From: Trypanosoma brucei
Lineage: Eukaryota
Length of the DNA stretch: 64,000 bases
Direction of reading: 5' to 3'
NCBI GenBank assembly: GCA_000002445.1
Contig: CP000070.1
Coordinates: 1,056,001-1,120,000, forward strand
Made by a program: the position numbers and the translations under genes. Below, piece by piece: positions 52,533 to 63,286 of the stretch (position 1 is the first letter of the stretch; each line of letters starts with the position of its first letter). The notes beneath the pieces were generated by a model that ran no database searches, had not been told where the DNA came from, and saw only the letters and a program-made list of their open reading frames with translations.

Positions 52533-53425
52533 GGAGGTGGTGAGCGATGTTGAATCGAGGGTTATCAAGTAGAAAAAGGGTAACAACAACGAGGTGTGGT
52601 GTGCCCACGTGCACGGGAGTGCTGGAAGAAGTAGTCTGTCCCCCAACGGGTAAAACAGCCTCTTCCCTGGCTTTTACTGGATTCGTTTCCCTTCCTTCCA
52701 ATGCGTATGCATTGGTACGCAAAATTTAAAGGGTGGAGGAGGGGAGGGGAAATATGTACTTGATTTTTTAGGGCACCGCCTGGACAAGAAGGCACGCGGT
52801 TGGGGGTAAAGCATTCGCGTAATTAAGTGCTTTGCGTTTCTTGTTTGTATGATGGCTTGATTTCTGCAGTGTGTCGCACCCCTCCCTTTTCACCATATTC
52901 CAATGAAAAAATGGGGTGCGAGTTTTGTGATGAATCTCGTGTACGACCGTATAAGTATAAGTTTCCTTCCACATGCTTTATCTGCACACAATACTGAGTT
53001 TGTTGTTTATGTTCTTAAAGTACGTTCATTCTTTTGCTTGTACAGGTAATCACATCATGTCTGTTACCTCTGCTTGTGCACTTACTTTCGATAACTCCAC
53101 GCTCGGTTTCAGTATTGAATGATGTTTTTTCCTTCTTTTTTTCCCCCTTCTCTCGCTATTTCGTGTCAATGTTACCTATCTCGCTAGGCTCTTTAACCGA
53201 GACGCGTCACCGGCTCATTTTCGCAGCAGACAAAAAATTTGTTGACGAACCCTAGCGGAGGAGGGTGAAGATCAGCTCACAAAAGAAAACAAAGGAAGAG
53301 TAAGTAGCAACAAAGGAGAAAGGCGGGTGCAGGGAGGTAAAAAAACTGAAACCGTCCAATAAAGACAAATAAATTTTAAGGAAGCATACAGGCAACAACA
53401 TACATTCTCCCCTAAGAAAAATTTA

Positions 53426-53466
53426 GGTTTTTTTTGTTGTTTTTTATTTTTTTCCTTCTATTGTTA
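53426..53466 (+). promoter_or_regulatory. polypyrimidine tract upstream of ELO copy a
   Basis: ggttttttttgttgttttttatttttttccttctattgttaAG immediately 5' of ATG 53482. Confidence 0.45.
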
Positions 53467-53481
53467 AGTGATTTGCCGAAG

Positions 53482-54387
53482 ATGTTGATGAACTTCGGGG
53501 GCTCCTACGATGCCTACATAAATAACTTCCAAGGTACCTTTCTTGCGGAGTGGATGTTGGATCATCCATCGGTTCCTTACATCGCAGGCGTCATGTATCT
53601 CATTCTTGTACTCTACGTACCGAAAAGCATTATGGCGAGTCAACCGCCCCTCAATCTTAGGGCCGCCAACATCGTGTGGAATCTGTTTCTGACATTATTT
53701 TCAATGTGCGGCGCGTATTACACCGTTCCGTACCTCGTGAAAGCGTTCATGAATCCTGAAATTGTCATGGCAGCCTCGGGGATAAAATTAGACGCAAACA
53801 CCTCACCAATAATCACACATAGTGGTTTCTATACCACCACGTGCGCTTTGGCTGATAGCTTTTACTTCAACGGTGATGTGGGTTTCTGGGTTGCACTTTT
53901 TGCCCTGTCAAAGATCCCTGAAATGATTGACACGGCCTTTCTTGTCTTCCAAAAGAAGCCGGTTATTTTTCTACACTGGTACCATCACCTCACTGTGATG
54001 CTTTTCTGTTGGTTTGCCTACGTGCAGAAAATTTCCAGCGGTCTGTGGTTTGCCTCCATGAACTATTCTGTCCACTCCATCATGTACTTGTACTACTTTG
54101 TATGTGCCTGCGGTCACCGTCGCCTCGTCCGTCCATTCGCTCCGATAATTACATTTGTGCAAATATTTCAGATGGTGGTGGGTACGATTGTTGTGTGTTA
54201 CACGTACACTGTAAAGCATGTGTTGGGAAGGAGCTGCACAGTAACAGACTTCTCTCTTCATACTGGTTTGGTAATGTATGTGAGTTACCTGCTTCTTTTT
54301 TCGCAGCTCTTCTACCGCAGCTATCTCAGTCCGAGGGATAAGGCCAGTATTCCACACGTAGCAGCGGAAATAAAGAAAAAAGAGTAA
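53482..54387 (+). CDS. ELO-family fatty-acid elongase (3-ketoacyl-CoA synthase), copy a of three in tandem, about 301 aa
   Basis: The track start at 53434 is TTG; the first ATG is at 53482. All four ELO signature boxes are present: SKIPEMIDT (KxxExxDT), LHWYHHLT (HxxHH), HSIMYLYYF (HxxMYxYY), ITFVQIFQM (TxxQxxQ). Multiple TM helices. C-terminal K-rich tail KKKE (ER-retention-like). Confidence 0.88.
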   Translation: MLMNFGGSYDAYINNFQGTFLAEWMLDHPSVPYIAGVMYLILVLYVPKSIMASQPPLNLRAANIVWNLFLTLFSMCGAYYTVPYLVKAFMNPEIVMAASGIKLDANTSPIITHSGFYTTTCALADSFYFNGDVGFWVALFALSKIPEMIDTAFLVFQKKPVIFLHWYHHLTVMLFCWFAYVQKISSGLWFASMNYSVHSIMYLYYFVCACGHRRLVRPFAPIITFVQIFQMVVGTIVVCYTYTVKHVLGRSCTVTDFSLHTGLVMYVSYLLLFSQLFYRSYLSPRDKASIPHVAAEIKKKE

Positions 54388-55706
54388 ATGAAAGAATGGG
54401 GAGTTTAGTGGAGGATGGGGAAGAGCACGCACGCGTGTCTGCTCACGTGCTTATGTGTTTTGACAATGTTGAAGGTAAAAAGAAAAGAAGGAAAATGAGA
54501 AGAGTGATGGGTGGTGTTCGTCGCAGGCATGATCTGTGGCGTGTCCCTGCACTTGGTTCGATTTATTGCATTGGTTTCATTTCCTTTTCTCTTTTTTTTG
54601 TTCATAAAAAAATGCACACGCACGCAGTCGCACGCTCAGCTGTTCGCTTCGGTTGCTTGCTACTCCCCTACCATATTGTTTTTTGTGTGTGTATTTTGCA
54701 GTTGTAACTTCCACCTTCCCTTACTTTCACTTTGGGATGAACCAAAAAATAAAGGAAACGAAAATAAAAACGAAAAAAAGGAACATATATATATATATAT
54801 ATGCTAAATGTCATACGAGTTATTTAGCGCATACACACAAAGAGGTGTGTGTGTGTGTATTGGTAGGGCAATAATGCATCACCGTATCCCTCAAGCAATT
54901 CTACTCTGTTGACTCCATTCCTCCTCTCCTATCTTTTTTTACCCTTGTTTATTTTTCTCTTTTGAGGGACCGAACAAAAAAAAAATACGACAGTCACTTC
55001 TGAATAAGCAGCATTGTGGCAACGTATATTTTTTGTGTTCTTTTTTGTCCCCTTTAGCTCCCCTATTTTTCCACAGGGACACTTTGTTTCCTTCCTCCTT
55101 CGCACATACGGTAAACATACATACATACATACACATGTACACACAAACACATATTATATTATATATATATATATATATATATAATATGAGTGTGTGCCGT
55201 TGTGCGTGTGAAGGTTCGCTCACAGATATCCCTCAAACGTTAAACTCCCGTATTAAACGGTGGAAGAAAACAATATAAAAAAAGGGGAAGGGAGTCCAAC
55301 CGCGTAATATTGGGCGTAATAAATGTAGTGTGGCCAATCTTTCGTTTGTTTCAGTTCTTGTCACAAAATTAGTCTCTCTCCTTTCTTCTTCCTTCTTCAC
55401 CTACTCTTGCGGATATATACATGTGCGTACAAATGCACGCGGGTATATATGAATATTTGTTTGAGTCGTTCTGGTATTGAAAAGGTTACGACAGCAAACG
55501 ATACTTTTTAACAGAAAATAAATACGCTGAACGACTCGATTTATTAGTGAGGGTTGAGTGCATACAAATATACAAAAGTAGGTAAAAATATATTTAAATA
55601 TAAATATATATATATATATATATATCAACTCACAGAGCCTTTCTGGTGAGAAGGAAGCGTATTCGGTTAACAGAAATTAAACGAATAGTGGCGTAAGTGC
55701 GACGAG

Positions 55707-56522
55707 ATGTTTCCATACGTCACAGACTATAGCGGTTTTGCTATCAGGAAATGGATGATTGATAATGTGGATGTTGCCGGCTTCCTTTGCCTCTTGTATC
55801 TTGGGCTTGTGTGGAAGGGACCAGGCGTCGTGAAGAGCCTCAGAGAAAAGAATTTAATCAATGCAACACTTCTTCAGGGCGTTTTTATTATGTGGAATCT
55901 CTTTTTGTCCACCTTTTCCGTCATCGGAATGATCGTCGTTGTTCCCGCCGCTATTGCACACATCAGCAACAAGGGACTTGTTCCCGCTCTTTGCGAGAGG
56001 GATGTAAACATGATTTACGACTCTCCCGTCGGTTTCTGGGTTGGTGTGTTTGCGTTGTCAAAAATACCGGAATTGTTTGACACGGTTCTTCTTGTTTTGC
56101 AGGGGAAACAACCTCCGTTCCTTCATTGGTATCACCACACCACCGTGTTAATCTTCTCTTGGCAAAGCTACTGCGAGGGAAGTAGTACCATATTTGTCTT
56201 TGTTGCCATGAACCTGACGGTACATGCCGTCATGTACTTTTACTTCGCCATGTGTGCCAGTGGATTCAAGGCGATTATGCGAACCATTGCTCCGGTTATT
56301 ACAATTATGCAAATTTTGCAGATGATAGTTGGCAGCGCTGTAACAATGTACTCCGCATATGTACTTTACAATCCTCAACCTGATGGGCCACAGACTTGCG
56401 ATGTGACAAAAGCAAGCGCTCGGATGGGAGTGGTGATGTATTTGAGTTATTTGTACCTCTTCGCTGCGCTGTTTGTTGAGTCATACCTGAAACCAAAAAA
56501 GAGGACCGAAAAGTCGAAATGA
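55707..56522 (+). CDS. ELO-family fatty-acid elongase, copy b, 271 aa
   Basis: ATG at 55707. Signature boxes SKIPELFDT, LHWYHHTT, HAVMYFYFA, ITIMQILQM. C-terminal KPKKRTEKSK. Confidence 0.88.
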   Translation: MFPYVTDYSGFAIRKWMIDNVDVAGFLCLLYLGLVWKGPGVVKSLREKNLINATLLQGVFIMWNLFLSTFSVIGMIVVVPAAIAHISNKGLVPALCERDVNMIYDSPVGFWVGVFALSKIPELFDTVLLVLQGKQPPFLHWYHHTTVLIFSWQSYCEGSSTIFVFVAMNLTVHAVMYFYFAMCASGFKAIMRTIAPVITIMQILQMIVGSAVTMYSAYVLYNPQPDGPQTCDVTKASARMGVVMYLSYLYLFAALFVESYLKPKKRTEKSK

Positions 56523-58440
56523 AGTACGGGACGGTAAAGAAAACAACAACGGGGTAATTTTTTTTTGTTTTTTCTTGTTTGTTTGTTGTAGAAACGTGGG
56601 TAACCGGGGAGGGGATGAGGGGGAGAAACGCCACTGGCACGGGACTAATGAACTAACGCCTTTTTATTTATTTATTTATTACCCTCTTCCCTTTTGTTTT
56701 TGGGAATGGAGGGGAAGAAGAAAACCATAACGCGATGCGTCGCAGCGTTTCGGTATGCGAGGAAGAGAGAGGGGAAAAACAAAAAGGAGCAGACAATTTT
56801 GAATGGCAGGGATGAGGGAAGAAAAAACAGTTTGGCACGTTCGACTGTTTTAATACTCGCTATTGAAACGAAAAAAAAAAATAAAAGAAAAGACAAACAA
56901 GCGCGCAAGTAAAATTAAGACCCAAACTGAGCAGGACGGAGCAAATTTTCCAAAACAAAAAATTACCTTGTGAGGAATCACAACTGATATGCGAGCAATC
57001 GGAAGGGAAAAGCAAAAGGAAAATTTGTGCGTGAAGGAGGGCATAACAATGAAGTAAATGCCAAGAAAGAAAGGAAAAAGAAAAAGAACAAAGTAGATAC
57101 TTACAATACAATACAAAAAAAAAGTAGGAAAACAGATGGCTTGAATGTATTATTTCTTCCGATGCGTTATTTTCCCCCTCTCCATGGTCCCCGTTTATGT
57201 CCTCTCAACTTACCGCTACCACGAGCCCAATAATTTATAAACAAAGCTCGTGGCATATGTGTATGTATGTGTATGTGTATATGTGCGTATGTATGTATGC
57301 ATGCATAATTATTTTTGCATTCATATGGACGCATATAAACGCATATACACATGTTTCTTTTTTTTTTTGTTTCGCCTTCTAAATCCCCTCCCCACTTTGG
57401 GGGGGGGGGAGAGTAGTGGTTTTATTTCGTTTCGTTTTAGTTTTTTATCATTTTTTTTAAATATAATAATTTCATATTTATCTCGTAATTATTTTATTTT
57501 TCGTAGTTGTTGTGTTTGTTTCCTCATTTATTCACAACCAATCACTCTCTTCGTTATATTTTTGGTTGCTTTTGACGACTACTTTACTACAATCATTATT
57601 ATTATTATCATTATTGTTCCTTCTTTTTCTTTTTTGTGTTATTATTTCAAAAAAATTGTAATAAAATAAACATTCACGCTACTTCGTGGTTGTTCACTCA
57701 TGAGAATGTTCTCATGAATATCGCAGCGGATTTGTTTGTCTATTAATTTTTTTTTCACCTTTTTAATTTCTCTCCTCATTTCTCTCTACACTCAATCACC
57801 TTATATTCCACTACTTTAGCCGTTTAGTGAAATCATATGACTAAATAAGCGCATTGACGTGAGCGTGAGCTGAAAGTGCTTTGTATATAATAAAAAAAAA
57901 AGAAAAAAGGCGCGGTTTTTAAAAAAAAAAATAGATAAATAAAATAATTCATCTGTCGATGAGAAATGGGAAATGTTTTCTGCCGTGGGGAGCTGATGCC
58001 GACGCCAATGGAAAACAGCCGGTTGACTCCGTCTAAAAACTTAATCGTGGCTATTTTATTTTTTTGTAACTTTAATTGCAACTTGAGGCTGTTGGAGTTA
58101 CTGGTGCATAATGAAGTGATACACGAAGGAGAGACGGATTATATTCTTCTTATCTGTAATGTCTTATGGGTGGTTTTTTTTTTGGGGGGGATAATACTGT
58201 AAAAGGAAAGCATAGGTGACGCACATTTTTGCGCCGTTGGTGTTGTTGTTCTTGTTGAGTGTAAATGTAAAATTATTTTCCAGAAATGGGGTGCTGCTGT
58301 GGGTTGTCGTGACAAACACTTCCTAACTTAATTATGATAATGCCAAACACTAGCAGGGATTGTGGAAGTTACAATCGGAAGGCCGATTCGTGTTTAACTC
58401 GATGAATATTATGTAAATGTGATGTTCGCCGTGTTTAAAC

Positions 58441-58522
58441 TTCTTCGTTTCTCCCTTCAGTACGCTCATTTGTTGTTTTCTGTGTCCGGTTTTTTTTCCT
58501 GTTTTGTTTGCCTCCTTCAACC
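58441..58522 (+). promoter_or_regulatory. polypyrimidine tract upstream of ELO copy c
   Basis: ttcttcgtttctcccttcAGtacgctcatttgttgttttctgtgtccggttttttttcctgttttgtttgcctccttcaacc. Several candidate AG acceptors. Confidence 0.4.
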
Positions 58523-58697
58523 TGGACGTTTGCGCGCCCACTCACATACACGATAGTGAAGAAAAGGCATACAAAAAGAGTAAAAAAAATAAATAAAAGA
58601 AGTAAGGGAAAGTAAAGGAAAAAAAAAGAGGTAGCGTGTGCATCGAGTTCGACTGCGTCAAGAAAACCGGAATATAATACATCCTTAAGCACGACAA

Positions 58698-59615
58698 ATG
58701 TTTTTTACTCCTCCACAACTTCAGAAGCTTGAGCAGGACTGGAATGGGCTCGCAGTGCGTGATTGGATGATTGCCAATGTGGATGTTGTGTTGTACATCT
58801 CTTTCCTCTACCTTGGATTCGTATTTATTGGCCCAAAATTGTTCGCTAAGCTTGTTGGCACAAACCCGGCCGCTGCTGCTGCTGGAGCCCGAAGCGCTGA
58901 CGGCACCGGCTCTCCAATCGTTCGCCGGTCGATGGTTGTGTGGAATTTGGCGCTTTCAATTTTCTCCATCTTCGGCACAAGCACTGTGACGCCTGTACTT
59001 CTGCGTAACCTTGCCAATAAGGGGTTCTACGGTGCCACCTGTGACTTCAAGGAAACGGAATTTTACACAACAAATGTTGGATTCTGGATGGGTATTTTCG
59101 CTCTTTCAAAGATACCGGAGCTTGTTGACACGATATTCCTCGTGTTGCAGGGCAAACAGGAGTTGCCTTTCCTTCATTGGTATCACCATGTGACAGTTCT
59201 GTTGTTCTCATGGCACACGTACTGTGTAGGGAGTAGCGCATACATTTGGGTGGCCGCTATGAATTACTCCGTACATTCCGTCATGTACCTTTACTTCGCC
59301 CTTGCAGCATTAGGATACAAACGCGTAGTTCGCCCACTTGCGCCGTACATCACAATTATACAGATACTACAAATGGTTGTGGGTTGTTATGTGACTATTT
59401 TTGCACTTCAGGAGTTGCATGGGGAGGGGGGTCGCGGATGTGGTGTGTCGCCAGCGAACATGCGCATTCAATTGGTGATGTACGCCAGTTATTTGTACCT
59501 CTTCTCGAAGATGTTTGTGGCGTCGTACATTCGACCCCCCAAGCGCCCGACTGTTGGCGGTCCCTCCTCAACAGCCGGCGTCAGCAACGGTTCTGTCGAG
59601 AAGAAAGTTAAATAA
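58698..59615 (+). CDS. ELO-family fatty-acid elongase, copy c, 305 aa, with Ala/Gly-rich loop insertion between the first two TM helices
   Basis: ATG at 58698. Signature boxes SKIPELVDT, LHWYHHVT, HSVMYLYFA, ITIIQILQM. Insertion GTNPAAAAAGARSADGTGSPIV at roughly nt 58860..58925. Polypyrimidine tract 58441..58522 upstream. Confidence 0.88.
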   Translation: MFFTPPQLQKLEQDWNGLAVRDWMIANVDVVLYISFLYLGFVFIGPKLFAKLVGTNPAAAAAGARSADGTGSPIVRRSMVVWNLALSIFSIFGTSTVTPVLLRNLANKGFYGATCDFKETEFYTTNVGFWMGIFALSKIPELVDTIFLVLQGKQELPFLHWYHHVTVLLFSWHTYCVGSSAYIWVAAMNYSVHSVMYLYFALAALGYKRVVRPLAPYITIIQILQMVVGCYVTIFALQELHGEGGRGCGVSPANMRIQLVMYASYLYLFSKMFVASYIRPPKRPTVGGPSSTAGVSNGSVEKKVK

Positions 59616-61157
59616 TGACCTGTTGACTGAGCGGCAGATACATACAACACTCTCATGTACACGCGCCATGAGAAACTTTCATTTAGTGAAGTTGTTTTGC
59701 ATGTTCGTATCAAACTGTCGCCCCCCCTTTTTTTTACTTCTCTTTTCTTCTTTTTGTTTTTCTTTTTTTTTTCTTGTTGTTTTATGTTTAAATACTTTTA
59801 TGGTTTGAGGGTAATAACAAAACGGAAAAGAAAAAACAGAGTGGATTGCTGTGGTATCGTTGCACACATCCTTTTCTTATTATTGTCTCACTTTTCTCAT
59901 CTCCCTTCCTTTCTTTTTTTTTTTTTACCGGTGTGCACCAGTAGCCACGGCGGGAAAGGGGGGAAGGAATGAGAAATGAATCAAAGAGGAAGAGAAATAA
60001 ACAACAATAATGAAAAAAAAAAGATTCTTTTATATTAATTCGTATGACCTTTGAATAACGAAACGGAGAGGTTAGCGGTGAATTATCTCAAGCAGAACCG
60101 TGTGACGCATGACAGGCGTAACACATGCGGTACGACGCGTCTCTTCAGTCACCACACGATGAGGACTGAAGGATTGTTGAAGGCAATGTTGTGCTGTTGG
60201 CCTCTTGTTTTTTTTGTTTTGTTTTGTTTTTTTCGTGGGAATTGTTGGGCACAGGACGCGTTTTCCTCTTCTTTTTTTCTTCCTTCTTTTTTTTTTTTTA
60301 CTTTCTCTTCTGTTTTATCTTATCACTTTACGTGTTGTTAAACATTTTTTTTTGTTGTTGTTGTTCTTTTCCCTTACAACTTATGTTTCGCTAGTATGAA
60401 AGGAAAATGAATTTAAAATTATAAGGGAAGAAAAATGGTGGAGTTTCGCCGTTGCTGTTGTTGTTGGTATTTTTATTTCTGACATAATTGTGTGGCTTTT
60501 GCTTTTCGTTCATTTGGCATACAGCTACCAGTGACACTACAAAATAGGCGGAGAAGGGAAAGAAAACAGAGCAGGAAAAAGAAAAAAAACCGCGAAAGAG
60601 AAGGGAAGAAATAGGAGGAAACAAGATGAAACGAAACGAAACGAAAACAGAGGGGATTGTTGTTTTTGTTTTTTGTTTTTGTTTTTTTTTGTCTTTGGTT
60701 TTGGTTTCTGATACTGGAAAAGATTGAGACAACATCGCTGGTGTTAGGCTTCAAAGTACTCACATTTTTCCTTTTTATTTTATTTTATTTTATTCTTTTT
60801 CAATATTTATACCTCGTTTCAGTGCCTCTCTCCCTCATTTTGTTCCTCCCATACGGTGTGGAAAGTTTATTTATTTATGTGGAGGGGGGAGGGGACGTGA
60901 CGGGGTTCGTAAATTGTGTTCGTTTATTTTATCTACTCACTCGACTCTCTCCATGCTTCTTTTTTTTTTCCTCTTCCTTTTTTTGTTTTTTTTATGTTTT
61001 TGTGCCATGTTTCACGAATTGTAACGTATTTATAATTCCTCCGTATGATTGACACATTACAGTGAGTTGCGTTCCTCCTAAAAAAAAAAAGTATACGCAC
61101 ACACACGCACACAGGTATAAATATATTTACATATTTTATTTTGTTTATAGATATACA

Positions 61158-61751
61158 ATGAGTCAGTTTGGTCAACTTGTGTGCTTCAAGTGCCGCAAGA
61201 TATTAAGTTATCCCTTAGGAGCCGTAAGTTGCCGTTGCCGCAACTGCAACACCATCAATCCTGCACAAAACCTCCACATCACCTGCGGTTGTTGCTTTCG
61301 GCATATTTTGGTACCCATCAACACACTCACATTTTTATGCCCCTGTTGTGCCACAATAACGGATATACCGCAGTCACTTCTTCCATTAGTGGAAGGTCCA
61401 GTAAGTGTTGGTACAGAAACGGATCGTGTAGTCAAGACGATTTATGTCACATACCCCGGGAAAGCAAAACCAAAGGATAAAAATCGAAAGGGAATGAAAC
61501 ATGATGATGATGATGATGATGATGATAGGGAAAGTGAAGAAGAGGGTTGCAGCTCTGGTGGTGGTGGTAATATTGTGATGGGCGGAAAGGCAACGGCAAC
61601 TGGAAGGGAAGGAGGAGGTTGTAAAACAGGACCTCTGGATGGTGATGATGGTGATGATGATGAGCAACTTGTCGGTGATGGCCAGCGGAGCGTATCAAAC
61701 CGACATGAGGGATCGAATGTTATTATGGTAGTAGGAACACGCATATTATAG
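61158..61751 (+). CDS. small protein (197 aa) with two tandem LSD1-type zinc fingers (C-x2-C-x14-C-x2-C), then poly-Asp and Gly-rich tail
   Basis: The track start at 61062 is GTG; the first ATG is at 61158 (MSQFGQLV…). Finger 1: CFKCRKILSYPLGAVSCRCRNCNTIN. This fits the plant zf-LSD1 consensus CxxCRxxLxYPxGAxxVRCxxCNTIN almost residue for residue. Finger 2: CGCCFRHILVPINTLTFLCPCCATIT, same spacing with the Pro and the TI conserved. Fingers span nt 61182..61349. A D8 tract follows at about nt 61500..61525. Confidence 0.65.
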   Translation: MSQFGQLVCFKCRKILSYPLGAVSCRCRNCNTINPAQNLHITCGCCFRHILVPINTLTFLCPCCATITDIPQSLLPLVEGPVSVGTETDRVVKTIYVTYPGKAKPKDKNRKGMKHDDDDDDDDRESEEEGCSSGGGGNIVMGGKATATGREGGGCKTGPLDGDDGDDDEQLVGDGQRSVSNRHEGSNVIMVVGTRIL

Positions 61752-63228
61752 ATATTTCATCTGCATGTGTTACGCGGAAGAAAGCAACCTCGAATGTGTA
61801 CCCGAGCACTTATGGCGCAGCTGTGCTGTTTTATTGCTACGACCTTACCAGCGCTTTAACTGGTAGACAGGGGAAAGGGAATCTAGTGGAGTGTGTATAA
61901 TCCTCATATGCGGCTTCGCAACATAACTTTCCGCAATTTGCTTTCGCGTCTTCTTGTCTCTCTTTTTTTTTTTTGTCTTTTGCATTCTTTGCTTCCTAAC
62001 CCTTTGGAGGAACTTCCCTGCGTGTGAGTGTTCCTTTTTTTTTTATTATTGTTGTTGCTGTGATATGTTGCGTTGCGTGTATTCATGTAACTCAGATCGA
62101 ATCTCAAGAAAAAAAAAAAGAAAGAAAAAAAGCAATAATAACTTGAAAATAATGTGAATGCATTTGAATATATTAGGAAATTTAAAGGTTCTTACTTTTT
62201 CTTTTCAGAGGCGGCCGATCTCGCTTGAATTCCCATCTTTTTATTTCATGCATTTCACCGTAAACAAAAGGAAGCAACGGAGGATATGGGCGAATAGGAT
62301 TGGTACTCTTGTGTGCATAAACGCACACGTGTCATTGAAATGATTACTGTTCGAATCAGAGTGAGACAAGTTGTCAATTCGTGATGAATGTGGATGATTG
62401 TGCAAACTAGGGAGACGGGAAAGTGTGCGGGAGGATGCAGTTAATGTGGTTAAAGCTTAAAGCGTAAAAGAACCACACACGCACAAAAAAAAAAGAAAGA
62501 ATAACGGAGAAAGAAAAGCGAAGCTCATTCCTCATTTTTTTTTTCACGGCATTGTTTATTGTTACGACAGCTGGTGATGTTTGCCTCCCTCTTTATTCAA
62601 AGAATAAATAAATAAATAAAGGAGGAGAGAAACGAGAGGGTTAAAGCTGTGCCATTTGATTGCGCTGCACATACGGTGATTCCTGCTTTTCATACGTACG
62701 GTTTTGGAGCAATGGGATGGAGGGATTGGAGGATTTCATTGGAACGACTATAAAGTGCCAACTTGCCCAAACATGAGGGAAACCATAAAGAAGGTGGAGG
62801 CATGGAGTTGCAAATATTAGTGAGGGTTCGTCAAACATATTGGTTTCACTTAAAACAGCATTTTCACCCATTCATTTATGGGAATATAATCCGCATTTAC
62901 GGTTCTCACCCCCTTTTTTCCTTCTTCTTCTGCTCCCTCCTTTTGACAACTGGGTCGAGTAGCGGCGTGCTGTTGCCTTGTCTGCGGGGCAACGTGCTTT
63001 GAAAAAGGATTAAAATTGAGTATTGTTTTTGAGAAACATGTGGTTTACATCGCTTGCCCGTTCCCGCTGCGGTGGACCCACGTGGCGGCTGTTTTCTGCC
63101 ACTCCGATTGTTTCGGGTTGCGTGGGTGAGTTTCATTCAATCGCGCTATACGCCCCAGTTCGCAACGAGTTTAAGACATCTCCAGACTGCGCCGCTAGTG
63201 GTTTTAAGGCGCATTCGTCAAGTGCGGG

Positions 63229-63275
63229 CTCATCCTCCTCCTCCTCCTCCTCCTCACGCTTCACTTCTGCAGCAG
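63229..63275 (+). promoter_or_regulatory. (CCT)n polypyrimidine tract plus AG upstream of the terminal partial gene
   Basis: catcctcctcctcctcctcctcacgcttcacttctgcAG directly before ATG 63287. Confidence 0.45.
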
Positions 63276-63286
63276 AGGAAGAGAAG

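Noticed and set aside
55115-55140. (CATA)n and (GTAT)n-like tracts, considered as possible remnants of mobile elements (RIME/ingi/SIDER)
   Set aside because: They are simple-sequence repeats only. There are no flanking target-site duplications or ORF remnants, and no reverse-transcriptase-like ORF on either strand anywhere in the window.
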